Shown one piece after another: positions 1 to 12,800 of a DNA stretch of 64,000 nucleotides. The notes below the pieces were generated by a model. The model made no database searches, was not told the DNA's origin, and saw only the letters and a list, made by a program, of their open reading frames with translations. The stretch comes from Rebecca billardiae RCC1528 (Eukaryota; Protista; Haptophyta). Both the position numbers and the translations under genes were made by a program. The stretch is from assembly GCA_965240325.2 (NCBI GenBank), contig OZ251240.1, forward strand, positions 124,001 to 188,000, written 5' to 3'. The stretch's first letter is position 1; every line of letters starts with the position of its first letter.

Positions 1-841
1 ACTCCCTGGCCATTCTGACGAGTGGGTGGCTGCTTGGCCAGCTCTCCATGCTGGGCTGTGGTGCCATCCAGAGTGCGCATGTGCAGCAGCCCAGGTGGGT
101 GCAGCGAGGGGTGCGGCAGGCAGCAGTGGGTGGTCAGCTTGAAAATCCATGCAGGCCAGCCACCAGCAGCTAGGCTGCAGAGCTCTTGGCTGCACCAGCC
201 CCACTCCAGCCCCCTCAAGTCGGGTGGCTGGCCACCCTCGGGGTGTGTCAGCGGGTGCTGCTGCTGGCCTCCCAGTGCAGGGGAGCTGACCCAACTGGTC
301 CTTGCGCAGGTGGGGGCGCGGGATTGGGCACTGTGCCACAGCAGCTGCATCCCATGAGCTCCCCCCCAGGTGGCATGCAGCCCTCCCTAGGGGGTACCAG
401 ATCCACTGCCAAGCACAATTTAGGCCTGATCTGTGCGGGCACACGGCCCGCGACCAGTGACGACAAGCCTGCGGCAGGATCTGGCCCGAGCTGCGACAGG
501 CTGTACGCCTGCAGCCGCGTGACCTGCTGGTGTGCCCAACTCCAGCCCACGCGCGCTGGCGGCTGGGGCTGACGCGCTGGGTCGAAACCGTCGTGCACGG
601 GCAGTGGGGGCCGCCTGGATCAGCCCAGGGGGACAGGGTGAGCAGTGGCGTGCAGCTCAGTCAGAATGTGACGTTTAATTGTTGAGACCCCTGTATTGCC
701 CGATCCAAGTAGTACTGTACACGACTCGTCTCGGTCCGTCAGTCGTGGGGCCGCGCCCGGCGTGCGTAGTATACCGCCCGCGCGAGTCGAGACACGATGA
801 TGAGTGCCAGTGGTATGCACAGCGCGCACGCGTTCCACCAG

Positions 842-3800
842 TCAGCGGTGACTCGTCTTGATCTGGCTGGCAGACGGTCCGAGCGCGGAGGCGGACGAGA
901 GAGACGCGCCCGCCATCGCGCCGGACGAGCGCGTGGAGGCCAGGTGCCCGTGGAAGCGGTCCTGCTGCTCCACCTCTACGCCCCGCACGCGCGTCGCGTC
1001 GCGTGTGAGGACCCGTCGCGCGACGGTCGGCGTGCGGGGCGCAGCGCGGAGGCGGTGGCATCCGGAGGGCGTTACACTTGGCGCGCGTCAGCGGCGCAGG
1101 CGGCAGCAGCCGGGCGCGCGCACACGCACACGCGCGCTGGTCGTGCGGCGGGCGCCCGCGAGCGCGCACCGTCGGCCATCTCGTTGGCCACGTTGCGCAG
1201 CCGCAGCGCCAGCTCGCGGTTCGGGCTGAGGCGGCCGCTGGGGTCGGTCGTCATGCCTGCGCATCCGCGGCGCGCGGGCAGCACCGCACGCGCCGTCAGT
1301 CGGTGGTGGCGCGCATGCGCCGGGGCGGGCGCGCGCGGCGGCTGCGGCCGTGGCGCGTACCCGCGCGCTGCTGGTGCGCTGCCACGCGCGACGCCGCCCC
1401 CGGCGAGGCCGGCGGCGGGCGCAGCGACGAGTGCACCGAGGGCGCGGCCGACGTACGCGGCGGCGACAGGTGCCGCGAGCGCGCGTCGGCCACGCCCACG
1501 GTGCCCAGGCCGTGCCGCCGCGCGCCCGCGCTGCCGCCGCGCGCGCGCGCGCGGCGCTGGATCGCGCGCGCCGCGTCGTCGCGCGCGAGCCCCGGCGCGT
1601 GCTCCGCGCCCCTCTGCTGCGCGCGCTGCTGCTCGAGGTGCAGCTCGACGTACTCGGCCCAGCTGATCCGCCCGCTGCCGTCGCGGTCGGCGCGCGCGAA
1701 CGCGGCGTCGACCGCGCTCTGCGGCACGGCGGCGCCCGAAGCGCGCAGGCACGCGCCCAGCTCCTGCTTGGAGATGGCGCCCGAGCAGTTGGTGTCGTAC
1801 GCCTCAAACGTGCCGCGCAGCTCGCGCAGCCTGTGCGCGGGCAGGCCCGGCTGCGCGCGCGCGCGCGGCACCGCCGGCGGCGCGCCGTACCGCCTCGGCG
1901 CGCCGCCGCGCGGCGTGCCCGCGGGCGTGGCGCGCGCCGAGGCGGAGCTGCGCGGCGTGGGCGGCGCGCTCGGCCCGCGGCTGCGCTTGGCGCGCACGCG
2001 CGCGCGCGCGCGGGCCGGCGGGCGGGGAGGCGCGGTCGCGCGCGTCGTGAGACGACCGCGCTCGCGGTCGCGCGCGCGGGCGCCGCGGCCGCGGCGTGGC
2101 TCACCTGGAGCGGCGCGGCATGCCGTACGGGTGCGGCTGCAGCGGCTGCTGCTGCGCGTGCGGCGCGCCGAGCGAGGCGCGCGACGCGCCCGCGCGCGCC
2201 GCGCCGCCGGCGTCGATGAGCGTGCGCGCGTCCGCCATCGCGGCGAGGTCGACGAGCTCCGCCTCGAGCAGCGCCTGCCGCCGCTCGAACCCCTGCTGCT
2301 GCGCGCGCAGCTCGCCCACCTCCGCCTCGAGCTGGCCGGCGAGCACGGTCGCGGCCGCCGCGCGCCTGGCGAGCGCGGCCGCCTGCGCCTCCGCCTCGCG
2401 CCGCCTGTCCGCCTCGTCGTACAGCGCGTCGCGCGCCTGCCCGAGCTGCGCGCGCAGCTCGTCGGCCTCGCGCTTGCGCGCGGCCGCCTCCTTGCGCGCG
2501 CGCTCGGCGGCGGACACCTGCGCCTCCACGCGGCCGGCCGGCCGGCCGGGCGCGGCGCCGCCGGGCGCGGCGGCGGCGTGGTACCGCGGCGCGTGCGCGC
2601 CCGAGCGCGCGCGCAGCTCGGCGGCCAGGCTGGCCGCGCGGCCGTCGAGCGAGCCCGCGCTCACGCCCGCGCCGAGCGCGCCGCCCGTGCCGTGCAGCCG
2701 CTCGAGCAGCGTGGCGCGCTCGAGCGCGCTCGCCAGCTGCTCCTCCAGCTGGCGGCGCACCGCCTGCTCGCGCGCGAGCTGCGCGGCGAGCGCCGAGCGC
2801 TCGTTCTCGACAGCGCTCAGGTGCGCGCGCACGCTCGACGCGCCCAGGCCCGCGGCCGGGTGCGCGCGGCCGGCCGAGCCCGAGCGCCGGCTCGGCGAGC
2901 CGCGCCGCCCGGCGGACGCGCCGCCCGCGCCGCCGGCGCGCGCGTGCAAGCGGTTGGCCAGCTCGCGGAACTCTGCAAAAGAGACCGGGTGCCGCCCCAC
3001 GCCGCCGCTCGGCGGCGCGGGCCTCCCGAGCTTGGCGAGCGCGGCGGACACGGCGCGCGCGTCCGCGCGCACGCCGACGCCGCGCAGCGCGTGCGGCAGC
3101 AGCGACGCGTCCACGGTCCCCGCGCGCTCGAGGTCGTACGCGTCGAACGAGCGGCGCAGCCACGCCTCGGGCAGCGAGCCGCCATCGGCGCTCGCCGCGT
3201 TGGCGCGCGCGCCCGCGCTCGCCGCGCCGAGCGCGTGCAGCTCGGCGTACTCGGCAAAGCTCACCCGGCCGTCGCCGTCGCCGTCGGCCTTGGCGAACAC
3301 GGCGTCGACGGTCGGCCCGCTCGCGTCCAGGCCGGCCGCCTCGAGGGCGCGCCTCATCTCCTGCTTGCTGATCGAGCCAGAGCCGTCGCGGTCGTACTGC
3401 GCAAAGGACGCGCGCAGCTCGGCGAGCTTGGGCGCGCTCAGCCCGAGCACGGCGACGCGCGCGTCGTCGGACGGCGCCGAGCCTGCGCCTCGCGCGGCCC
3501 CGCCGAGCACGCTCAGCTCGGCGTACTCGGCGAAGCTGATCTTGCCGTCGCCGTCCGCGTCCGCCTTGGCGAACGCCGCGCTCACCGCCTCGTCGGCGGC
3601 CGACACGCCCTGCGCCTCGAGCGCGCGCCGCATCTCGGTCCGCGTGATCGAGCCGCTGTTGTTGCGGTCGTACCGGGCGAACGACTCGCGCAGCTCGGCC
3701 AGCCGAGAGCCGCTCAGCCCGAGCGCGGCGACGCGCTGCTCGTCCGTGCGGCCGGATGCCGCTCGCTGCCCGCCCACGGCGGGTGGCGGCGCCGACGAGG

Positions 3801-6800
3801 GGCCGCGCGCTCTGCCCAGCTCGCTCAGCTCGCAGTACTCGGCGAAGCTGATCTTGCCGTCGCCGTCCGCGTCCGCCTTGTCGAACGCCGCGCTCACCGC
3901 CTCGCTCGCGGCCGACACGCCCTGCGCCTCGAGCGCGCGCCGCATCTCGGTCCGCGTGATCGAGCCGCTGTTGTTGCGGTCGTACCGGGCGAACGACTCG
4001 CGCAGCTCGGCCAGCCGAGAGCCGCTCAGCCCGAGCGCGGCGACGCGCTGCTCGTCCGTGCGGCCGGGCGGCGCTGGCTGTGACGCTGCGATGGGCGGTG
4101 GCTGTGCCACTGCCGCGGGCTGCGGCGGAGGCGCAGGTGCCGCGGACGAGCGGGTAGCCTCGCCAAGCACGCTCAGCTCGGCGTACTCGGCGAAGCTGAT
4201 CTTGCCGTCGCCGTCCGCGTCCGCCTTGTCGAACGCCGCGCTCACCGCCTCGCTCGCGGCCGACACGCCCTGCGCCTCGAGCGCGCGCCGCATCTCGGTC
4301 CGCGTGATCGAGCCGCTGTTGTTGCGGTCGTACCGGGCGAACGACTCGCGCAGCTCGGCCAGCCGAGAGCCGCTCAGCCCGAGCGCGGCGACGCGCTGCT
4401 CGTCCGTGCGGCCGGGCGGCGCTGGCTGTGACGCTGCGATGGGCGGTGGCTGTGCCACTGCCGCGGGCTGCGGCGGAGGCGCAGGTGCCGCGGACGAGCG
4501 GGTAGCCTCGCCAAGCACGCTCAGCTCGGCGTACTCGGCGAAGCTGATCTTGCCGTCGCCGTCCGCGTCCGCCTTGTCGAACGCCGCGCTCACCGCCTCG
4601 CTCGCGGCCGACACGCCCTGCGCCTCGAGCGCGCGCCGCATCTCGGTCCGCGTGATCGAGCCGCTGTTGTTGCGGTCGTACCGGGCGAACGACTCGCGCA
4701 GCTCGGCCAGCCGAGAGCCGCTCAGCCCGAGCGCGGCGACGCGCTGCTCGTCCGTGCGGCCGGGCGGCGCTGGCTGTGACGCTGCGACGGGCGGGGGAGC
4801 AGCGGCAGTCGTCGGCGGCGGCAGCGCTGCCGACGAGGGGCCGCGCGCTCTGCCCAGCTCGCTCAGCTCGCAGTACTCGGCGAAGCTGATCTTGCCGTCG
4901 CCGTCCGCGTCCGCCTTGGCGAACGCCGCGCTCACCGCCTGGTCGGCGGCCGACACGCCCTGCGCCTCGAGCGCGCGCCGCATCTCGGTCCGCGTGATCG
5001 AGCCGCTGTTGTTGCGGTCGTACCGGGCGAACGACTCGCGCAGCTCGGCCAGCCGAGAGCCGCTCAGCCCGAGCGCGGCGACGCGCTGCTCGTCCGTCGA
5101 TGCAGATAGAATGGCCGGCAGCTGCTCGTGGTTCGATGCTGACGGCGCGGGCGGAGCGGCAGGAGCCTCGGCAGCGCGCACGCGCTGCAGAGCAGCGAGC
5201 GCGCGCACGCTGACGTGCAGTACGCCGGCGGCACGGTCGCGTTCGTCGAGGAGCTCGAGCGGCGCGCCGACGAGGTCGGCGCCGGTGCGGAGCAGCTCGG
5301 CCAGCAGGACCACGGCCTCGCCGAGCGGCAAGGCCGACGGTGCGCTCGGGTCGATGAGCGTGAAGCGCACGGCCGAGTCCGACTTGAGCGTGGAGCCGAG
5401 CGCACGTGCGAGCTTCGCCCATTCCTCGCTCGCCGGCTTGAGCTCAAATGTGGTGCTGAATCCGAAGGCCAGCTTGCGACGCGGCAGCAGCGCCCGCGTG
5501 CGTGGCGGCGGTGCGCGGAGCCCGACGGCATCCACGACGACCGCCACGCTGCCCGCGCGATCTGCACGCCGCCCCCGCTGGAGCGTGAGCTCGTCGACGC
5601 TGACGGACACGGCCGCGGCGCCCGTCTCGTGCGCCCCGGCCGGCGGGGGCTGGCCGGCTACGGCGGCACCACTCGCACCGGCAGCGCCTTGGCCTGCGAT
5701 GCGCTGCTGCACGTCGCGCAGCAGGGGCAGGGCGCGCAAGCCCACAGCCAAATCAGCAATCGGCGTGCCGAACGGGTCGACTAGCTCGATCGGCGAGCCG
5801 TCAGGCAAGTCCGCCCCTTTCGCAAGCATCGACTCAAGGTTGACGACGCCCTCGGCCACCAGGCCGCCATCCGGACGCGTGTCGCGCACAGTGAAGCACA
5901 CGTCCGAGTCGCTGTGCTCTGGGGTGCGCAGCGCCTTCTCGAGCAGCTGCCACGCGGCGCCGTCGCGCTCGACGGGCAGATGCGAGCTGAAGCCGAAGTC
6001 CACCTGCGCGCGCCCGTCGTCAGGGAGGCGGTGCGCCGGCGTGCTCAGGGCCGACTCACTGATGCCCATCACGTCCACATCCACCGCGACCTCACGCACG
6101 CCGTACGGAGGCGCCGTGCGCCAGGAAAGCCGGCCCACGGCGACGGAGACCGCCACGCCGGCCTTGGACAGGTACGCGGCATCCCGATCCCCCACAGCGG
6201 CGGGGCCCTGGGAGCTCACCGTTCCGGCCAACACCGAGCGCAGCGCGTCCACGGCGCGCACGCTCACCACCAGCTCGCCCAGCAGCCCGCCGCCGCCCGT
6301 GCGCTCGAGCTGCACCGGCTCGTCCTGCTTGTCGCGCCCGCGCTCGAGCAGCTGCTCCAGCACCACGCTCGCCTCGCCCAATGGCGCCGCCGAGCCCTCG
6401 CGGCTCGTGTCGAGCAGCCGGAAGCGCACGACCGAGTCGGCCCGCGTCGCCGAGCGCAGCGCGCGCTCCACCTGCGCCCACTCCGCGCTGCCGCTCGACA
6501 GCACCACGCCCGTCGAGAAGTCGAAGTTGAGCTTGCGCCGACGCAGCCGCGGCTCGGAGCGCGGCGCGGGCGAGCGCAGACCCATCACGTCCACCTCCAC
6601 CGCCACGCTGCGCACGCGCTCGCTCACGCCCGAGCTCGCGAGCGCGAGCGCGCCCACGCGCACGTCGATCTCGCCCGACTTGAGCGCCGGCGCCGACGGC
6701 ACGCTGCCGCCCTGCGCCTCGATCGACTGCTTGACCGCGCGCAGCAGCGGCAGCGCGTGCACGCCCACGCGCAGGTCGGCGAGCGCGACACCGGACGCGT

Positions 6801-9800
6801 CCACCAGCTCGATCGGTGTGCCGTCGGCGAGGTCGGCGCTGCTCGTCAGCATCGCCTCGAGGTTGACGAAGCCCTCCGCCACGATGCCGCCGTCCGGGTG
6901 CGCGTCGCGCACCGTGAAGAACACGTCCGAGTCGCCCGCGTCCGCCGTGCGCAGCGCGCGCGCGAGCATGCGCCACGCGCCGCCCTTGCGCGACACCGGC
7001 AGGTGCGCCGCGTACCCGAAGGCGACCGCCGCGCCGTCCGCACCCAGCGGGCGCACGGGCGACGAGAGCATCGACTCGCTCAGGCCCATGATGTCCACGT
7101 CCACCGCCACCTCGCGAACGGCCGCCGGCGGGCTCGAGCGCCACGTGAGCCGGTCCACGCTCACCGCCACCGCCTTGCCCTCGCTCGCGAGCTGCGTCGA
7201 CTCGCGCGGCGGCGCCACGGCCACCGACGCGGCCACCGAGGACGCGGGCGACGCGAGCACCGAGCGCAGCGCGTCGACGGCGCGCACGCTCACCACCAGC
7301 TCGCCCAGCAGCCCGCCGCCGCCCGTGCGCTCGAGCTGCACCGGCTCGTCCTGCTTGTCGCGCCCGCGCTCGAGCAGCTGCTCCAGCAGCACGCTCGCCT
7401 CGCCCAATGGCGCCGCCGAGCCCTCGCGGCTCGTGTCGAGCAGCCGGAAGCGCACGACCGAGTCGGCCCGCGTCGCCGAGCGCAGCGCGCGCTCCACCTG
7501 CGCCCACTCCGCGCTGCCGCTCGACAGCACCACGCCCGTCGAGAAGTCGAAGTTGAGCTTGCGCCGACGCAGCCGCGGCTCGGAGCGCGGCGCGGGCGAG
7601 CGCAGACCCATCACGTCCACCTCCACCGCCACGCTGCGCACGCGCTCGCTCACGCCCGAGCTCGCGAGCGCGAGCGCGCCCACGCGCACGTCGATCTCGC
7701 CCGACTTGAGCGCCGGCGCCGACGGCACGCTGCCGCCCTGCGCCTCGATCGACTGCTTGACCGCGCGCAGCAGCGGCAGCGCGTGCACGCCCACGCGCAG
7801 GTCGGCGAGCGCGACACCGGACGCGTCCACCAGCTCGATCGGTGTGCCGTCGGCGAGGTCGGCGCTGCTCGTCAGCATCGCCTCGAGGTTGACGAAGCCC
7901 TCCGCCACGATGCCGCCGTCCGGGTGCGCGTCGCGCACCGTGAAGAACACGTCCGAGTCGCCCGCGTCCGCCGTGCGCAGCGCGCGCGCGAGCATGCGCC
8001 ACGCGCCGCCCTCGCGCGACACCGGCAGGTGCGCCGCGTACCCGAAGGCGACCGCCGCGCCGTCCGCACCCAGCGGGCGCACGGGCGACGAGAGCATCGA
8101 CTCGCTCAGGCCCATGATGTCCACGTCCACCGCCACCTCGCGAACGGCCGCCGGCGGGCTCGAGCGCCACGTGAGCCGGTCCACGCTCACCGCCACCGCC
8201 TTGCCCTCGCTCGCGAGCTGCGTCGACTCGCGCGGCGGCGCCGCGGCCACCGACGCGGCCACCGAGGACGCGGGCGACGCGAGCACCGAGCGCAGCGCGT
8301 CGACGGCGCGCACGCTCACCACCAGCTCGCCCAGCAGCCCGCCGCCGCCCGTGCGCTCGAGCTGCACCGGCTCGTCCTGCTTGTCGCGCCCGCGCTCGAG
8401 CAGCTGCTCCAGCACCACGCTCGCCTCGCCCAATGGCGCCGCCGAGCCCTCGCGGCTCGTGTCGAGCAGCCGGAAGCGCACGACCGAGTCGGCCCGCGTC
8501 GCCGAGCGCAGCGCGCGCTCCACCTGCGCCCACTCCGCGCTGCCGCTCGACAGCACCACGCCCGTCGAGAAGTCGAAGTTGAGCTTGCGCCGACGCAGCC
8601 GCGGCTCGGAGCGCGGCGCGGGCGAGCGCAGACCCATCACGTCCACCTCCACCGCCACGCTGCGCACGCGCTCGCTCACGCCCGAGCTCGCGAGCGCGAG
8701 CGCGCCCACGCGCACGTCGATCTCGCCCGACTTGAGCGCCGGCGCCGACGGCACGCTGCCGCCCTGCGCCTCGATCGACTGCTTGACCGCGCGCAGCAGC
8801 GGCAGCGCGTGCACGCCCACGCGCAGGTCGGCGAGCGCGACACCGGACGCGTCCACCAGCTCGATCGGCGTGCCGTCGGCGAGGTCGGCGCTGCTCGTCA
8901 GCATCGCCTCGAGGTTGACGAAGCCCTCCGCCACGATGCCGCCGTCCGGGTGCGCGTCGCGCACCGTGAAGAACACGTCCGAGTCGCCCGCGTCCGCCGT
9001 GCGCAGCGCGCGCGCGAGCATGCGCCACGCGCCGCCCTCGCGCGACACCGGCAGGTGCGCCGCGTACCCGAAGGCGACCGCCGCGCCGTCCGCACCCAGC
9101 GGGCGCACGGGCGACGAGAGCATCGACTCGCTCAGGCCCATGATGTCCACGTCCACCGCCACCTCGCGAACGGCCGCCGGCGGGCTCGAGCGCCACGTGA
9201 GCCGGTCCACGCTCACCGCCACCGCCTTGCCCTCGCTCGCGAGCTGCGTCGACTCGCGCGGCGGCGCCGCGGCCACCGACGCGGCCACCGAGGACGCGGG
9301 CGACGCGAGCACCGAGCGCAGCGCGTCGACGGCGCGCACGCTCACCACCAGCTCGCCCAGCAGCCCGCCGCCGCCCGTGCGCTCGAGCTGCACCGGCTCG
9401 TCCTGCTTGTCGCGCCCGCGCTCGAGCAGCTGCTCCAGCAGCACGCTCGCCTCGCCCAATGGCGCCGCCGAGCCCTCGCGGCTCGTGTCGAGCAGCCGGA
9501 AGCGCACGACCGAGTCGGCCCGCGTCGCCGAGCGCAGCGCGCGCTCCACCTGCGCCCACTCCGCGCTGCCGCTCGACAGCACCACGCCCGTCGAGAAGTC
9601 GAAGTTGAGCTTGCGCCGACGCAGCCGCGGCTCGGAGCGCGGCGCGGGCGAGCGCAGACCCATCGCGTCCACCTCCACCGCCACGCTGCGCACGCGCTCG
9701 CTCACGCCCGAGCTCGCGAGCGCGAGCGCGCCCACGCGCACGTCGATCTCGCCCGACTTGAGCGCCGGCGCCGACGGCACGCTGCCGCCCTGCGCCTCGA

Positions 9801-12800
9801 TCGACTGCTTGACCGCGCGCAGCAGCGGCAGCGCGTGCACGCCCACGCGCAGGTCGGCGAGCGCGACACCGGACGCGTCCACCAGCTCGATCGGCGTGCC
9901 GTCGGCGAGGTCGGCGCTGCTCGTCAGCATCGCCTCGAGGTTGACGAAGCCCTCCGCCACGATGCCGCCGTCCGGGTGCGCGTCGCGCACCGTGAAGAAC
10001 ACGTCCGAGTCGCCCGCGTCCGCCGTGCGCAGCGCGCGCGCGAGCATGCGCCACGCGCCGCCCTCGCGCGACACCGGCAGGTGCGCCGCGTACCCGAAGG
10101 CGACCGCCGAGCCGTCCGCGCCCAGCGGGCGCACGGGCGACGAGAGCATCGACTCGCTCAGGCCCATGATGTCCACGTCCACCGCCACCTCGCGAACGGC
10201 CGCCGGCGGGCTCGAGCGCCACGTGAGCCGGTCCACGCTCACCGCCACCGCCTTGCCCTCGCTCGCGAGCTGCGTCGACTCGCGCGGTGGAACCGCGGCC
10301 ACCGAGGACGCGGGCGACGCGAGCACCGAGCGCAGCGCGTCGACGGCGCGCACGCTCACCACCAGCTCGCCCAGCAGCCCGCCGCCGCCCGTGCGCTCGA
10401 GCTGCACCGGCTCGTCCTGCTTGTCGCGCCCGCGCTCGAGCAGCTGCTCCAGCAGCACGCTCGCCTCGCCCAATGGCGCCGCCGAGCCCTCGCGGCTCGT
10501 GTCGAGCAGCCGGAAGCGCACGACCGAGTCGGCCCGCGTCGCCGAGCGCAGCGCGCGCTCCACCTGCGCCCACTCCGCGCTGCCGCTCGACAGCACCACG
10601 CCCGTCGAGAAGTCGAAGTTGAGCTTGCGCCGACGCAGCCGCGGCTCGGAGCGCGGCGCGGGCGAGCGCAGACCCATCACGTCCACCTCCACCGCCACGC
10701 TGCGCACGCGCTCGCTCACGCCCGAGCTCGCGAGCGCGAGCGCGCCCACGCGCACGTCGATCTCGCCCGACTTGAGCGCCGGCGCCGACGGCACGCTGCC
10801 GCCCTGCGCCTCGATCGACTGCTTGACCGCGCGCAGCAGCGGCAGCGCGTGCACGCCCACGCGCAGGTCGGCGAGCGCGACACCGGACGCGTCCACCAGC
10901 TCGATCGGCGTGCCGTCGGCGAGGTCGGCGCTGCTCGTCAGCATCGCCTCGAGGTTGACGAAGCCCTCCGCCACGATGCCGCCGTCCGGGTGCGCGTCGC
11001 GCACCGTGAAGAACACGTCCGAGTCGCCCGCGTCCGCCGTGCGCAGCGCGCGCGCGAGCATGCGCCACGCGCCGCCCTCGCGCGACACCGGCAGGTGCGC
11101 CGCGTACCCGAAGGCGACCGCCGAGCCGTCCGCGCCCAGCGGGCGCACGGGCGACGAGAGCATCGACTCGCTCAGGCCCATGATGTCCACGTCCACCGCC
11201 ACCTCGCGAACGGCCGCCGGCGGGCTCGAGCGCCACGTGAGCCGGTCCACGCTCACCGCCACCGCCTTGCCCTCGCTCGCGAGCTGCGTCGACTCGCGCG
11301 GTGGAACCGCGGCCACCGAGGACGCGGGCGACGCGAGCACCGAGCGCAGCGCGTCCACGGCGCGCACGCTCACCACCAGCTCGCCCAGCAGCCCGCCGCC
11401 GCCCGTGCGCTCGAGCTGCACCGGCTCGTCCTGCTTGTCGCGCCCGCGCTCGAGCAGCTGCTCCAGCAGCACGCTCGCCTCGCCCAATGGCGCCGCCGAG
11501 CCCTCGCGGCTCGTGTCGAGCAGCCGGAAGCGCACGACCGAGTCGGCCCGCGTCGCCGAGCGCAGCGCGCGCTCCACCTGCGCCCACTCCGCGCTGCCGC
11601 TCGACAGCACCACGCCCGTCGAGAAGTCGAAGTTGAGCTTGCGCCGACGCAGCCGCGGCTCGGAGCGCGGCGCGGGCGAGCGCAGACCCATCACGTCCAC
11701 CTCCACCGCCACGCTGCGCACGCGCTCGCTCACGCCCGAGCTCGCGAGCGCGAGCGCGCCCACGCGCACGTCGATCTCGCCCGACTTGAGCGCCGGCGCC
11801 GACGGCACGCTGCCGCCCTGCGCCTCGATCGACTGCTTGACCGCGCGCAGCAGCGGCAGCGCGTGCACGCCCACGCGCAGGTCGGCGAGCGCGACACCGG
11901 ACGCGTCCACCAGCTCGATCGGCGTGCCGTCGGCGAGGTCGGCGCTGCTCGTCAGCATCGCCTCGAGGTTGACGAAGCCCTCCGCCACGATGCCGCCGTC
12001 CGGGTGCGCGTCGCGCACCGTGAAGAACACGTCCGAGTCGCCCGCGTCCGCCGTGCGCAGCGCGCGCGCGAGCATGCGCCACGCTGTGCTGTCTGGCCGC
12101 ACCGCGAGCCGCGCCGCGTGCTCGAAGACGACAGGAGCGCGGCCGTCGCCGGTCGGCCGCGTCGGCGTCGTGATCAGCGCCGACGACAGGCCCATCACGT
12201 CCACGTCCACCTCGATCCGCTCAACCGCCAGCGGCACGTCCGCGCGCCACGTGAGGCGGTGCACAGCGATGCCGAGCGCGTCTTCGCCCGCGCCCGCCGC
12301 GCTCGCGGCGAGCGGCGGCTCGGGCGGCACGGACGCGCCGCTGGCCGCCACGCCTTGGCGCGGCGGTGGCGGGGCGCCAGTGCCCGCGCCGAGCGCGCCG
12401 CCGCCCGCGGCGGGCGCCGCCGCGCCGGCCTTGACCGCGCGCAGCGCGTCGAGCGCGCGCAGTGTGACGACCAGCTCTCCGACCGCCGAGCCGCGCGCGC
12501 TCACGAGCTGCAGGACCTCGTCCTCCTGGTCGCGGCCGCGCTCGAGCAGCTGCTGGAGCGCGGAGGCGGCCTCGCCGAGCACCGTCTGCTGCCCGCCGCC
12601 CACGTCGAGCAGCGTGAAGCGCACCTCCGACTCCGCCCTCGTGCCCGAGGTGAGCGCGCGCTCCAGCCTCGCCCACTCGGCGCTGCCGGCCGCGAGCTCG
12701 ACGGCGGTGTCGTAGTCGAAGCGCACGCGGCGGCGGCTGAGCACGGGCTCGGAGCGCGGCCTGGGCGTGCGCAGGCCCATCACGTCGATCTCGACCGCCA

